Below, in pieces: positions 25,950 to 39,390 of a stretch of 64,000 nt of DNA. The stretch is from Amphiscolops sp. MND2022. Its lineage: Eukaryota. Position 1 is the stretch's first letter. Every line of letters begins with the position of its first letter. The notes under the pieces are model-generated. The model had not been told where the DNA came from, searched no databases, and worked only from the letters and a program-made list of their open reading frames with translations. Location: contig OZ076409.1 of NCBI GenBank assembly GCA_964187785.1, positions 94,800,001 to 94,864,000 on the forward strand. Reading direction: 5' to 3'. The translations under genes were made by a program, and so were the position numbers.

Positions 25950-27295
25950 CTACTGCATACTCGGCTGATGGTAGTTTAAAGGATGTTGTTTGGATCGCGC
26001 CGGACAATCCTTTGCGAAATGTCCTTTTAGACCACACCCTAAGCATTCTGCTTTTTCCGGAGGGGGGTACGTAATGTTTACATGTCCTGACGGTGCTACC
26101 CTAGTCGGAAGTACAAAAGGGGTATGGGTTACGCGGGGTTGCGAACAAAAAGATTGCCAGTTCTGTGGTTGCCCACCAACCGGCGGTTGCGAGCTTCCCA
26201 ACGCTCCTACAATCGCAGATGACATGTCTTTTACACTCTGTACCAGCGTTTCCATTTGGCTGGTTGTTGAATTGGCCAATTTCGAGATTTGTTCAGTATG
26301 CTTGGAGATATGTTGACAAATTGAAATTTCAAAACGATCAAAACGACTTGCCACGTTGGTTAACGAGGTTTCGATAGCTGCAATTTTTCGTCAAATCGGT
26401 TATTGTTTGAATAGCCAGCTCTTACTGTATCGGAATACCCGAGATCATTTTGGGAATAGCGGAGTTTATCGAATTTCCGGTCTTTTCTCGATTCTTGAAT
26501 CTTGTGGATTCTTTCGAGTTCTTGTGCTCTTTGCAAAGTTTCCCCGAAATCACGGGCGCGCTCGTCTTCATACAATTTAATTTGTTTTCGTGAGTCAAGA
26601 AAATCCCGCTCTCTTTCCCGAAGCGGTTTTTCGAGACAAGCTATGTCAGCGAGATAGCGTACTCGTCTCGAATATTCTCGTAAGTCTTCGTTTTCCCATT
26701 GTTTAACATCTTTAAACTCGGACCGTGTAGCTCGCTGGCTGCGGTATTGTTGCGTTTTAGGTTTTAAAACTTCAAAGAGTTCGTCAAACCGGGGGTGATA
26801 GCAACCAGGTTCTTTTGTAATATACCTTAGCGGGACAGTTTCAAATTCTTCGATGGCCCATGAAGTTAAACAAGTGGGCATTGCGGCAATTTTCTGACTA
26901 TCATTCCACCCATTGGCTTTCGCAACTGCCATGAAATGTTTTACCCACTTTTCCTAACGGTTGTAATCTTTACTGGGGATTTTTTCTGGTTTAATTGGTG
27001 ATTTTTCGTACAGAGGTTTTTGTTTTCGCCTAGATTCATTTTCGGGGGAAAGGGAATCATCAGAATCTAAGTCGTCCTCCAGTTTTATGCGTTTTATTTC
27101 TTTTTCCAATTCTCTCGCCCGCCGTTAAGAGTCTTGTTTACGTTCCTTCGCCGCGGCGGCCGATCCTATGAAGGAAAAGCTAGTAGACTTACAAGTGGGT
27201 GGTTTACTACCACCTTTGACGGGAAAGTGGGTGCCGGGGTGATCTTCTTCGGCAATGGGGGATTGCTGCTGCTCGGTTTCCTCGTCTGCAGACAT
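25950..27295 (-). pseudogene. Gag with CCHC zinc knuckle, disrupted
   Basis: An ATG at 27295 is in frame with ORF 26360-26932 through two stops (..KWVKHFMAVAKANGWND..Q.ENE...YSRR). After a frameshift it reads CLGCGLKGHFAKDCP. Confidence 0.85.
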
Positions 27296-27387
27296 CAGGG
27301 GAAGGGTTCAGCAACGACGAAGGGTGAAAGAAAGAGGAGGGAAAGAAGTAGGGAAAAGAAAGAGTAAATAGCAAAGACGCAAGGATG

Positions 27388-27405
27388 GCCCACCCAGGAG
27401 CGCCA
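27388..27405 (-). promoter_or_regulatory. Primer-binding site, tRNA-Asn-like
   Basis: TGGCGCTCCTGGGTGGGC lies one base after the LTR-terminal CA and is complementary to a typical tRNA-Asn 3' end (...GCCCACCC.GG..CGCCA). Confidence 0.75.
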
Positions 27406-27406
27406 A

Positions 27407-30296
27407 TGTAAGATTTTTGGAATTACAGTAGCTTTAACAATACGTAAGATTGCTCCACTACCACTCAATTAAACCCGTAAGTACCAATCACGAGACAAGA
27501 AATGGCCGAGTATCTACATAAACTTATTTTAACTTCAATTGCAAAGACAAACTAATACAGCTGAAGACGGTGGGAATAAGTGTGACTAAGAAATCACGTT
27601 CTTTGACTATCTTTGTGATTTAACCTCTTTCTGGGGGGTTGTCTCGCTACTCTTAGGCTGTTGAAAACGCCGGAGGTCTTTTCAGGAATATAAAGAGCAG
27701 TTAAAAGTCAATTAATATGCAACACATAAATAAGACGATTAATAGACACTAGTACAAGTTCACATCCACGAATAATAGAATGAATAATATTATAACATCG
27801 ATAAAAACCGAGAAAGCTACGAAGAAATTGAGAAGGCATAGGGCACTAGAAAGTAATAGTTATAGGTTTCAACAGGGTATTAGGTATCTTTGAAGATGAG
27901 GTGTGATATCTTAAATGATATCGAGAATAAATAACACTCGCCGCAAATCATCTCTATCGGTCTTGGAGTGAAAGTAAAAGTTCGGTGTATTCGTAGGCCA
28001 CTCAGCCTGTAGGGTTCTCTAACTACCGGTGTATTCGTAGGCCACTCAGCCTGTTCGGTGTATTCGTAGGCCACTCAGCCTGTTCGGTGTATTCGTAGGC
28101 CACTCAGCCTGTTCGGTGTATTCGTAGGCCACTCAGCCTGTAGGGTTTTCTAACTCCCGGTGTATTCGTAGGCCACTCAGCCTGTTCGGTGTTTTCGTAG
28201 GCCACTCAGCCTGTAGGGTTTTTTAACTACCGGTGTATTCGTAGGCCACTCAGCCTGTCGGTGTATTCGTAGGCCACTCAGCCTGTAGGGTTTTCTAACT
28301 ACCGGTGTATTCGTAGGCCACTCATCCTGTGTTAGTGTATTCGTAGGCCACTTAGCCTGTTTACGATAATTCAAATATCGGACGCAAAGCAGCAAACCGT
28401 TCTTTAGATTTCAACTCACTTTGTGTGCTTAAAAATGGCGCACATTTCGGCCAAAGTTACTTTATCTGCAGTTAGTCATTTACGTATTCGTAATTTGTCA
28501 TCTTTCCTTTTTGGGGGCCTGACTAAGTGTTGAGCAAATCATTTTTCCCTTCTTCGGTACTGCAGATTCATCAGAAGTAGTTTTCTCATCATGAGTCGGT
28601 CCTAGTTCCACCTCCTTGTCAATCATGACTATTGCTTTTACTTCGTTTTCAATAGAATTTAAGGGGCGGTAATACTGACTCAGTTTTTCACACTTTTGTA
28701 AGCACGACTTGAACTTCGGCTTACTGGTTGACATTTGCACCTTTTGCTTATATACATCGTTAGCCCAAGCCATTAGGAGTATTTTGCACTTGAGATGAGG
28801 TCTCTATCTTTTCTCAACAAACTTTGATAACACTTTTTCTGAAAGTAGTCTTTTTCTCGATTTTTATGTCCGGACTTTCAACTTTGGAAGCCAGTATCTC
28901 GAAACCAGGTCATTTTTCGGAAAAACGCTTCTTCTAAACGATGTGCGCATGGGTCTTGTGCGTCTACCCTGAAAGTTTCAGCTCGATATCGCCCGAAACG
29001 TGCGGGGGGAGGGTTAGCATTTTGGTAGGTCGACATCCCTGTCGGCAGAAAAAAATCACAACTTTAAATTCTTGGGGGTTCTTCGCTAGCGCGCTGCAGC
29101 ACTCTATTTATTATTCTATTCACTCCTCCACTTCAGTTCTCAAGTACGCTGTGAAGGGGGCGGCTATTGTGCGCTTACACGTTGAGTACTAAGCGATAAC
29201 ATGCGAAAAACAGCTGATTTAGCCATTTCAGGGCTGTTTTTAACGTTTGCTGGCTCAATTCTCAAAAACTACTGAATATTATTTATTTTCCATTTGACAC
29301 AAATTAGGACATTTATTCATTTTTAATTCAGGCTATATCCGAACCTTTTCTGACAACTGTAGCGATCACACGGAATTTTTAAAGGAAACTCATTTTTGGG
29401 AAATCGTCAAAATTTTTTACGCACTTTTTTTCAAAGCTCCCCCCATTATGTTCTCGTCATCGCACGGGACTCATATTCTCAACTTAAGCTCTCCTTTGGA
29501 CGGGCTGTCGAATGCTGCAACCGTTTGTTGATATCTTTTTCCATCTTCGAGAAATCGCGTTTTGATTTTTAATTTGCATTAAGAGAGGGATATTTCCAAA
29601 GTGTGCGGCGGCCGTTTTCGTGTTAGCTATGTGTACAGCCACTCACAGCGCGTTCTTAATTTCATTCCTTTGCTTTCTGACGCGCTTAGCTGAGTTGCAT
29701 TCTATGCTGTTCATGCACACGGCGGAGTTTTCACTTTCGCTTACCCTCAAACACATGTATTGACATAGTAATTTGACTAAATCTCTATTCACAGTCAACG
29801 ATGACTTTAGGTTCAATTTTTGTGGGAATACGTTGGCCTAAAGTTCTTAAATGTTTACTCAACACGTAGTCAGGTCAAATAGGAACATTTCGGTGGTTTA
29901 ATTTTTTTTGTATTAGCAATAGTTGCCGAGAAATTCGATGTCAAATCCGATTAGAATTTTCATATATAGTTCTGAGTGGTGGCGGCCGTATTACTGCAAT
30001 AAAACGTTGCGCGGTCGTTTCATTGCGGCTAAGAATAATTATTTTGGTTGTCAACGGGACGGAATACAATAGTATTGACATTAAACAATAAGGCGAGGTA
30101 CTTAAAGTACTTACTGTTATCTTAACTTTTACAGATATCACACCAGGACCATCTACCTTGCTGAAGGCATGAAATTTAATAAACACCATGTTTCAGGCGA
30201 AAAAGTCAAAAATCCTACATTCCCCCCTACTTGGACTACTACTCTCCTGAAAAGTTGGTTTATTCAAATTTAATTCTGTTGCTAGGGAGATTTTAA
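27407..30296 (-). repeat. 5' LTR (outer end truncated)
   Basis: Direct repeat of 15165-18058 with scattered substitutions and small indels. Homology stops at 30296, where degenerate HINE-like sequence begins; no TG terminus or TSD is visible. Confidence 0.9.
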
Positions 30297-31066
30297 AAAA
30301 TATGCTTTTTTCAGTCCGCTCTTTTCTTTAGAAAATAACACTAAAGTCAAGGCTCTTCGTCCGTTTTTTTTGATACACCTGAAGTAGTCGAAATAATTCT
30401 ACCTAAAGTTCTTCAATTTTGCTAGTCATTCCGTCACTTGGCCCAGTGGTTAACGCGGTTTTTCCGCGTTCTAAGAAGCAGGAGTACGTGGGTTCGAGTC
30501 TCGCACTGAACCAAATTTTTTTTTTGTTCGCAAAAACATGGGAGACCAAAGGGTCCCTCCTCCCTTTAAAATTTTTTCGGCACTAGACGACTTTTAAGAT
30601 TTTTCTTCAAACCTAAACCTTCCTCGATTTTGAGCAGAAACAACGTCGTTTTGCGAGCATAGATTTTTTCGGCACTGCGGCTCACCGAATTGAAAAAATC
30701 AAAGTTGTTCATAAATTTTGGGGGTTTTTTGAGGTTTTCTCTAAAGGAAACATGTTTCCCTAGTCTTTAAGGGAACCTCTTTATTTTTGATCCTGTGGAA
30801 TATTTTAAAACACTACTGCACTTAAAACCGTACGCAGCACTTTCGAGCAAATCTATCGATTTCTCATTTCAAAACACTCCGGCAAGTTTGCGGTGCAGAA
30901 AAAAGGAATTTTGTTCAAAAACGCATTTTCTAAGTTAATTACGACGAAAATGAGTTATAGTGGTAGATATCTCAATCCGTTTGATCTGCAGTGATTAATA
31001 TTTATTGATTTTGTTTTTCAACAGCTCCAAATCAATTAAAGCCTGCTTCGTTTCACTGTGGGATGT

Positions 31067-31470
31067 AACAAGCCGGAAACGACCCAAGTCGGCGCCATAT
31101 CTGAGGCTCAAAAATAGCAAAATGACTTGAAAGTGTCAAGTATTCAATTCTACAGTACCCGCATGAGGAAAAAATTCGAAATATTTTTTTGGTCTCCGGT
31201 AAGTCGCATAGTGCCGAAAACCCTAAGAAGGGGCCCCTTTGGGGTTTTTGAACCCATTCTGTTGCGAACTATCAAAAAAATTGAAGGGGACCCCTGGAGA
31301 CTTTCAAAAATTTTCGAAAAAATCTCATGAAGCCGAAATTACATCTGAATTTTGAAAACGTTATATCCGAACTTTGAAACGTTACATCCGAACTTTGAAA
31401 ACGTTACATCCGAACTTTGAAAACGTTACATCCGAAATTTGAAAACGTTATGTCCGAACTTTGAAAACGA
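31067..31470 (-). mobile_element. Truncated HINE copy with internal ~22-23 bp tandem repeat
   Basis: Terminus AACAAGCCGGAAACGACCCAAGTCGGCGCC; (TTTGAAAACGTTACATCCGAAC)n at ~31350-31470. Confidence 0.65.
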
Positions 31471-31683
31471 TAAAAGCATCTATCTAGAAGCAAAGCGGTT
31501 GAGCTACCAAATTTAATGTTGAACCCAAAAGTTTCATGATAATTGGCATCCTGAATTCGAGAAAAGATGTCAATTAATTGCCACTACAAAAGCTGTTTTT
31601 CAGGTGTTCCGCTCGATAGTTAGATTGATCAAACACTCCTTAAATATTAACTTCAAGAGTTTGATGCATTTCATTTTGTCATG

Positions 31684-32075
31684 GGTGACTATTCATAGCT
31701 TCGAATTTGAAATTCAGTGCCGTATCTCCGAAATTAAAACACAGTGCCATAGCTCCGAAATTAAAATCTAGTGCCACAGCTCCGAAATTAAAACTGAATT
31801 TACTTCATTTATTTGAATTCAATTACAACGTCGATATTGGTGTTTTATATCGAAAATAACGATTTTGCCTGGCTTAGAATTAACAACCTTCAAAGCTTGC
31901 ATTTTAATAATTAGGGGCGGTTTCAGGATTTTCAAAACGTGGGGCGGACCGGAGCAAGAGAGCACCATTGAATTTTCATTCTTTGCTTATTTTATCAACT
32001 AAAATAAATTTTCGGAGTTATGGCACTCGATTTTGTTTTCGGAGCTATGGATATTCGGAGCTATGGGAAGTCACC
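31684..32075. mobile_element. MITE/foldback-like element with repeated subterminal motifs
   Basis: Ends GGTGACTATTCATAGCTTCGAA and TTCGGAGCTATGGGAAGTCACC are inverted. AGTGCCATAGCTCCGAAA-type repeats occur in opposite orientations at each end. Confidence 0.6.
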
Positions 32076-33689
32076 TCTGTCATGACTGGTTGCGGAACGA
32101 TCTTTTTACCTTTGTTCTATTGGACTGTATTGCCAGATTTACTCGTAAAAAATTCAGTATCGCTCATGTTCAATCCATAAGGCAGTGAATCGAATAGAAG
32201 CATTGCTTCTTTTTCATAGAGGAAGTGTAAGTCACTGGATCTTCCATTAGAGTCACTTCTTATGTTCAGTTATCGCATAATCAATGGTGCTTGTTTCTTG
32301 GACAAATCGTTTTAGATTACATAATCATACTGATTTCATAATCATACTCCATGCAAAGTCTTCCTTTCTATTTAGGATAGAAAATTGCGCGTCAAGATAA
32401 AGTCAAAATATATTTCAGTTAATTGATGATACTGATAACAGGTATGAAGTGCATTGAATTTGTTTTTTTTTCAGCCAATTAATTAGAAACACGTTCAAGC
32501 TATTCCCATCAAAAAATTGTTGGCCCATTGGATTCAAGAACTATGCAAAAAATGATTGTTCACACGACTTCTTATTACCATTCGACCATAGACTCAGCTC
32601 TGCAGGTGAAAGAGAGAATACGACAAAACTAAATTTAAAATATTTATTATTTGGCACATTACTGCTCAACCGGAAAAATTAGTCTGTGATGGGGGAGAAG
32701 AATGAATAATTCGAAATAATGAAATCACATGCTTTAAAAATCAGATTCAGAATTTCGAAGATATAAGCAAAAACAAGATAAAAGAGGTCTCTCATGTTGT
32801 TTACTTCAGAATGGCATCTCCACTGTAAAATGTTTGCAATCAAAATTTGAGACAAACTATAAAAATTAAATGAATATACGACTGTGTTCTATAATCAGAA
32901 TGGATAGATTAAGAAAAATGTCGCTCGCTGAGAAAATATGAAGCGAAAGAAACACATCTGAAAAAAAACTAGTCTCTAGGGCTATGACTTAAAGAGCTTG
33001 ACAGCTCATTCTTCGTCCTTTTGGATATTTTTGGTAGTTCTCAATAGTTGTATATAATTGCTTTTGATAAATGGTAAAAGTATCCAATAAAATTATTTTC
33101 TCCTGTTTAATTCAAAAGATGCAACCAGCGCAGCTGAACTGAAATGACGTATCAAAGCACTCGGAAACAAAGCATTTTTCAAAGCATCAACAAAAAACCG
33201 ATAAAATCCTTGTCATAACGGTACCTAAACCCCGTCTTTTACAATTTTACGAAATTCGGTCGAATCCGCAGGGTTTCTTTTGCTTCAGTCAGTAAGAGTT
33301 TCAAATCCATTGACGGCCAATTAGTAAAATCCTGCAAACTTCGAAGGCGAGGGAAGGTATATTTCAGTTTTGACACCGCTAATGAGCGGTTTAGCGGCCG
33401 CGCAGAATTTTTTCAGCGATTCTATTAGCGATTAAAATTTGCGGCAACTAATAGATTGTCCAAATTCCAACTCATCATCTGTAAAACCACCCAGTATGAA
33501 AAATTCTTGTTTTTTCTTGAATTCATTCTTGAAAACATTCTTGAATTCGAACATTTGATAGTTTGAAAATTTTTTTGCGGAATAGCGATTCTGAGATTAG
33601 CGAAAAAATTAACGATGTCAAAACTCTGGTATATTGGGGGGTTTCCTGTTCGTTTGGTTGTTACTAGTTTTGTATCCGCTACTCCACGC

Positions 33690-33847
33690 CTAGTCACCTG
33701 GACTCTCTGGGGGCAATACAATCGTGTCCAGACCAGAGTCCAGGGTTGCCAGCAGATGGTACATGGGGGAGCGTTCCAGCTGGGACCGAAACGAAGATAT
33801 CTGGGTTGCCACGTTCACTTTGCGGTAGGCTGCGTGTATCAAGCAGA
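33690..33847 (-). CDS. ARL6IP5: PRA1-family protein (ARL6IP5/PRAF2/3-like), exon 4 (last)
   Basis: TTTCAG acceptor, phase 1; (I)CLIHAAYRKVNVATQISSFRSQLERSPMYHLLATLD...GD* resembles the PRAF C-terminus (IHASLR...RTPM..L..L). Confidence 0.85.
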
Positions 33848-33906
33848 CTGAAACAAACGAGAGATTTACTCAACATGAAATCCGTACTTTATCTATTGAA
33901 ATGGAA

Positions 33907-34232
33907 AACAAGCCGGGAACGGTCCAAGTCGGCGCCATATCTACAGCTCAAGTTATGTGAATTTTTTTTTTGGGGGGGGGTGGGGGGTTGTCGGAAAAAC
34001 AATTTTGGGGAAAAATGAAAACATTATATCCGAACTTTGAAAACGTTACATCTGAACTCTGAAAACGTTGCATCCAAACTTTGAAACGTTGTATCCGAAC
34101 TGAAATCCGAGTTGGCCTCTCGGGTAAAGGTTGAACAAATGAGCAAAAAAGTGGGCCATTCAGAATGAACTGAAAAACCTACCCACTGTAATAGTCGCGC
34201 TTTTTTTCTTAAGGGAAAAGACGCCTACTAAT
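33907..34232 (-). mobile_element. HINE copy in PRA1 intron 3
   Basis: Both family termini are present. Confidence 0.7.
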
Positions 34233-34235
34233 AAA

Positions 34236-34499
34236 TTGGTCCCGGCTCCTATCGGTGAAAATGAACCATCAACTGCTCAGCTCAAATTTCTTGAACGAAC
34301 AGATATACTTGTATATACTAGGCACTGTGAGAGTACTTTCATGAGAAACAGTTTCTTTAAGAAAATAGTCCCTTTATGGAACACCTTACCAAAAAGCTTG
34401 AAAACCAAGTCATACTCATATACAACTATAAAGAACAAGACTATAAGGTTTTTCCTCAAACAGCTTGAAGGAGAAGTTGATACACCCGAATACGGTTAA
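34236..34499 (+). pseudogene. 3'-terminal remnant of a LINE ORF2
   Basis: RNSFFKKIVPLWNTLPKSLK matches the SF..R....WN.LP motif at the C-terminus of CR1/L2/Jockey-group ORF2. Confidence 0.6.
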
Positions 34500-34647
34500 A
34501 ATGTTGGAGGGATTATCAATTTAGACAGTGTTTTCTTTTTAATTTCAACCTCAATACTTTTCATTAATTGTATTTGTACACTACTTTTTCACTGAATCTA
34601 TCATGGTTTTAGTAACAAAAGTCAATACTGTACAGTGATTTTCATTA

Positions 34648-34819
34648 CAGTTGAATTTTCCTAATTCGTATCGCTAGGGACCAACTAAAATGGTACGAAT
34701 AATGAGGAATACGAATTAACCGGATGACACTACTTTGGTCGTCGTGAAATAGGTCTTAGATACATACCAATTAAACGAAGATCCGAATTATCCGGATACG
34801 AATTAACCGGAGTTAACTG
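34648..34819. mobile_element. Tc1/mariner/pogo-type MITE
   Basis: TA-CAGTT...TAATTCGTATC / GATACGAATTA...AACTG-TA imperfect TIRs. Confidence 0.55.
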
Positions 34820-36224
34820 TATTTACATTATTTAGTATAAAATGATAATGGCTCCTTGATAATATCTCCACAGCTGCGCATACCGGAGAAATGAACTATA
34901 GCGCGTTTGAAAAGTCTGACACTGGGCTTTTATTTTGTTTAGGTACGACCCGCTGCGGTATAGGGTTGTTTTCTTTATGGGTCGATGAATTTGAGAAAAC
35001 TGTATTCTTCCAAAAATGAAATTTTGGAAAATAACCACTTTTTGCAAGAAAAACCCATTTTTCTCAGTTTTGGAGACAAATTCTTTTGTTCTAATGCTTG
35101 TGCCGTTCAAACCAAAACACGGTATCAACCAATTACTCAATAAGAACTGTGCTAGAGAATATGGGCTGCTGGCAAAACGGATCAGAAGTTGAAAAAATGT
35201 GTGCTCCTTTAAAGTACCGCCACGCTATTTAATGGTTAAATGCCGACTTTAATGACCAAGCCTCAGATGTAGGACTGTAGAATTATGTCCCGGTTTTATC
35301 ATTAACAGGTAAATGTTCTTGAAGAAAATTGTTCATCAAAATTCAGGCTCAGCAATGAAACTATCGAAAAATGAGAAGGTACACCAGAGTTTTACGAAGT
35401 TGAAAAACTAAATGCCCAGGTATTTAGTCATCAGCATTGTGCATTGGTGATTATGTTTAAACAAACCAATTGCTTCCATTTCAACCACTCTCGAATTCAA
35501 AACTATCTGCAATCTGCAATTTTGACCTAAACTAAATTTGGCTACGGACAATAAGATTAGTTATCTAATTATTGTTGGTGGGTTTCATTTTCATACCCTT
35601 CTAAATTCAAATGTGCTTATTTTTAAGCCAGTTTTGATACGTTTTGGCTTCCGCGTGAACAATTACAATGAATCAAGCCTATCCGATTCTTTACTAAACT
35701 ATTGCGATAAAACAATAACTCAACCGAATTAGGACTAATTAGCCAAACTTAGTTTAGGTTGAAATTGCAGGAGGTTGAAAATGCATTAAGTTGAAATTGC
35801 ATAGGATGAAATGTCATGTAACCAGTTAATTAGACAGACGAGTGATTTGACGTGTATTGCCGCAGCTTGTACCGTTACTCGAGTATCCAGTTAAAGATAC
35901 AAGATAAAGATTACACGATTGTTTTTTACAATACCGGACAAGTTCGCCCTGTATTATAAACTATCGGAAAGCATGTAAACTTATAGAGCACGCATTAGAA
36001 ATTGCTATACCTCAATCCGACCTAACAAGATGGACTTTTTTGAGTTTAGGTTAGGTATCCAAAACGATCTTATCAAACGGCGATTCTATCACCAGCTTGC
36101 CTGCTAGTTGTGGGTTTGGTTCGCTCAACTAAGCACTCATGAAAAGGCGAACTCATTGGGCAAAACTCTACCAGTTTTAAATTTATTTTTCTTCATTAAG
36201 AATATTTTAGGTAAATAAACTCTA

Positions 36225-36396
36225 CAGTAGGGGGTGTTTATAACGGAGTGCTTTATAACGACGAGCGTTTATAACGACTATTTTCCAAATTCCTGTCATA
36301 TAACAAACGCTTGTAACGACAATCTTTATAACGACGGTTTTTATACCGACATTAAAATTAACTGCCCCTCGGGGTCGTTATAAAAGCCCCCTACTG
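36225..36396. mobile_element. Tc1/mariner/pogo-type MITE
   Basis: TA-CAGTAGGGGGTGTTTATAACG ... CGTTATAAAAGCCCCCTACTG-TA, with internal TTATAACGAC repeats. Confidence 0.8.
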
Positions 36397-36540
36397 TATA
36401 TAAAAAGATGAAAAATACCATTTACGGTACTCTAGTGTCTGCGGATACCTACCATTACATACACGAAATTTTGAATGTTATACTTAAAATACCGAGTACC
36501 GGAAACTTTTATACAGGTCAAATCACTGAGACAGACTCAC

Positions 36541-36705
36541 TTAATGTTCCGACCAGAATGACCAAAATGACTGCGATTAGGTCGTGCCAGAACAGAAGCA
36601 CTGCCAGCACGGAGACGCCCGCAGATGCCAGCTTCACCTTCGTGTGGGCGGCAACCGGGTCACTGCCCAAGAGGGGCTGTAGGGGGGCTACGAAGCGCGC
36701 GCACA
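36541..36705 (-). CDS. ARL6IP5: PRA1-family protein, exon 3
   Basis: TTTCAG...GTGAGT boundaries, 165 bp, phase 1/1; hydrophobic VSVLAVLLFWHDLIAVILVILVGTL. Confidence 0.85.
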
Positions 36706-36757
36706 CTGAAACGTCACATTATGGGGATTGATGTGGAGAGTCGAATTATGTAGGATG

Positions 36758-37200
36758 GAACAAGCCGGGAACGGCCCAAGTCGGCGCCATATCTAAGGCT
36801 CGAAAATAGCAAAAGGACTTCAAAATGTCAAAGTATTGGTGAATTGGGGACCCTCTTATGAAAAAACATCTTGAAAAAAAGTCTCACAATGCCGAAAAAA
36901 CTGAAAGGGGGACCCTTCTGGATTTTTCAACATCCATTCTGTCGGAAAATATCAAAAAATTGAAGGGGGACCCTTTGGTGAAAACTGTTTCCAAAAAAAG
37001 TCTCACAGAGCCGAAAACACTCTAAGGGAGTACTCTTTGGCTCCGTTGAGTTTCTTAGATGATGTAAGAATACTACTTCGTAAGCTAAGTAAGAATTGTA
37101 AGAAAAGTGGACCATTCAGAGTGAGATTGTCTGCTGAAACAAAACTACCCACTGTAATAGTCGGGCTTTTTTCCTTAAGGGAAAAGGCGCCGACTAAAAA
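36758..37200 (-). mobile_element. HINE copy in PRA1 intron 2
   Basis: AACAAGCCGGGAACGGCCCAAGTCGGCGCC ... TAGTCGGGCTTTTTTCCTTAAGGGAAAAGGCGCCGACTAAAAA. Confidence 0.78.
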
Positions 37201-38526
37201 TTAGCAGTTATCTAGGATCGAATTATGACTTAAATCCTTAAATATAGATGCGAAGCGACGTGCCACTACTTAACCAGCGGCGTGTTCTGACGAAGGCCGA
37301 TCTGGAGGGGCACAAAGCGCCCGGAATGAGAAAGGCCGTCATACAACAAATTTTGGTTTCTAAATATATAATGAAAATATCCTTTTCGATTCTGTATAAT
37401 TCGATTCTAAATAATTCGACTACGGAGAGGCAATTCACGTTTTTAATGTTTTTTTTTCTATTTTTCTGAAAAAGAGCTTAGATGAAAACAGCAGTATATT
37501 TTAAAATTCTTCAATTTAATTGAAAGACATGCAATCGAACAGAGCAATTCAGTCGTTCAGTCGTTCGACATGCAATCGAACAGAGCAACACCATTGTTAT
37601 GAACAAAACAGTCACTTTCAAGGGGTTATAATGTTTTAAAACGTTCTTTATACGTGTTTTGAAATGTATTTTATACCCATGTTTTAAATCAGTTTTAAAA
37701 CAGCCAACCTTGGATGAAAAACATGGAACATAAATCCATTTCAAAAATATTCAACACAGTCTCTAACTCAGACAGCTGCGTTTAGCTCAGAGTTGCTGTA
37801 GAAATATGTTGAGATGCAAAAAACTTCTTTTCGAAGTTTATACAAATAAAACTTGGAACTCAATAGAAAAAATTGTGAAAATAAAAGATCATATAGATAA
37901 TCAGAATTTTGATTCTGAGGAAGTTCATTTTAGGCAACTAAAATAGAGTTTCTTGTATTTTCAGGCCAAATTCCAGCTTAACTTTCATGGCAATTTTGTC
38001 GAAGATGGGCGAGAAAAAAAATTGAGAAAGTGTTATAGCTGAGCTCTGGTCATGACCTGAGTTGATAAAACATGATGATGTTGGCAACACTGAACTTTAT
38101 CTAGACCATGTGGCAAATTGATATTTTACTTGATACACTTCTATTTGTAAGCAACATTGAATAGAGTGTTAATAACCTGCTTGTTATCTTTTAACCCTAA
38201 ATGGACGAGGAAATTTCCGGATTCATCCAAAAATCTGGTGCTTAAACTTTAAACCGCAATATCTCCTGAACTAATCAAGCCCGACAAGCGATTTATAGCG
38301 CGTTCGAAAGAAGACAATCAAGGATTTCAAATTAATTTTTGAACTGCTGGGCTGGGGCTTCGCCGCACTGACTCCGGACTTTGTGCCAAAGCTTTGCACG
38401 CCTCGTGCCTCTGACTACATTCCAGCGTATTTGAAAACATGCTAGAGCCACTTTGACCCAATCTTGATACCAGTGGGATAAAGTGGCCACAAACGAAAAC
38501 TTGAAAAACGGAAATACTGCGCTCTA

Positions 38527-39390
38527 TTTTTAGTCGGCGCATTTTAGAAGAAAATGAGCCCGACTATTACAGTGGCTAGTTTTTTTTTCGTCAGATAACA
38601 GAATGTATGCGTAGTGGACACTTTTTACAGAACAGAACTACTAAACTAAAGTACTGGATCGGCAAACGGGGAGCGTATTTAAGATAGTGCAAAGGGTCCC
38701 CCCTTTCAGTTACTCCATTTTTATCGTAAGATACAAAACCTGACGAGACAATAGGGTCTCCCCCTTTGAGTTTTTTTTCGGCACTGTGCGACTTTTTTTC
38801 GAAATTTTTTTTGTCTCCAAAGGGTCCCCCCTTCAATTTTTTGCTGTTTTGCGACAAAATGGATGTTGGAAAATTCCAAAGGGTCCCCCTTTCAATTTTT
38901 TTCGGCACTGAGATTTTTTTTCGAAAATAAAAAATTTTCATCCCTTCAATTTTTTGATGTTTTGCGACTGAATGGATGGTGAAAAACCCCAAAAGGTCCC
39001 TCCTTTCAGTTTTTTTCGGCACTGTGAGATTTTTTCCGAAAATTATTTTCTCTCCAAAGGGTCCCCCTTCAATTTCTTTGATATTTTAAAACACATTGGG
39101 TGTTTAAAAATCCCAAAGGGTCCCCTCTTTCAGTTTTTCGGCATTGTGAGATTTTTTTCGAAAATTTGTTTTTTCTCCAAAGGGTTCCTCCTTCAACTGC
39201 AACAAAAATGTTGACAATTTCGGAAGTGTCCCTCTTTTAGCGCGCCAGGGGCTCGCGCTAGCGGGCCCCGGCGCGCCACTCAGTCCATTTTTTTGTTTTT
39301 CGAAAAAAAATTCGATAAAATTTCGAAAAAAAATTTTGCGCTTTTTGAGCCTTAGATATGGCGCCGACTTCAGACGTTCTCGTCTTGTTT
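38527..39390 (+). mobile_element. HINE copy (opposite orientation) with internal sub-repeats
   Basis: TTTTTAGTCGGCGC...CCCGACTATTACAG start; GGCGCCGACTTCAGACGTTCTCGTCTTGTTTT end. Confidence 0.78.

Larger units (their letters stand above)
15165..30296 (-). mobile_element. Ty3/Gypsy LTR retrotransposon with env-like gene (endogenous retrovirus-like), decayed
   Basis: Direct repeats of ~2.9 kb at both ends, a PBS, and gag(CCHC)-PR-RT-RH-macro-IN-env in Gypsy order. Several stops and frameshifts are present. Confidence 0.95.

Noticed and set aside
38591..39214. K/F/G-rich ORFs of 80-143 aa (also 13381-13881, 49697-51082)
   Set aside because: Spurious frames within HINE repeat modules.
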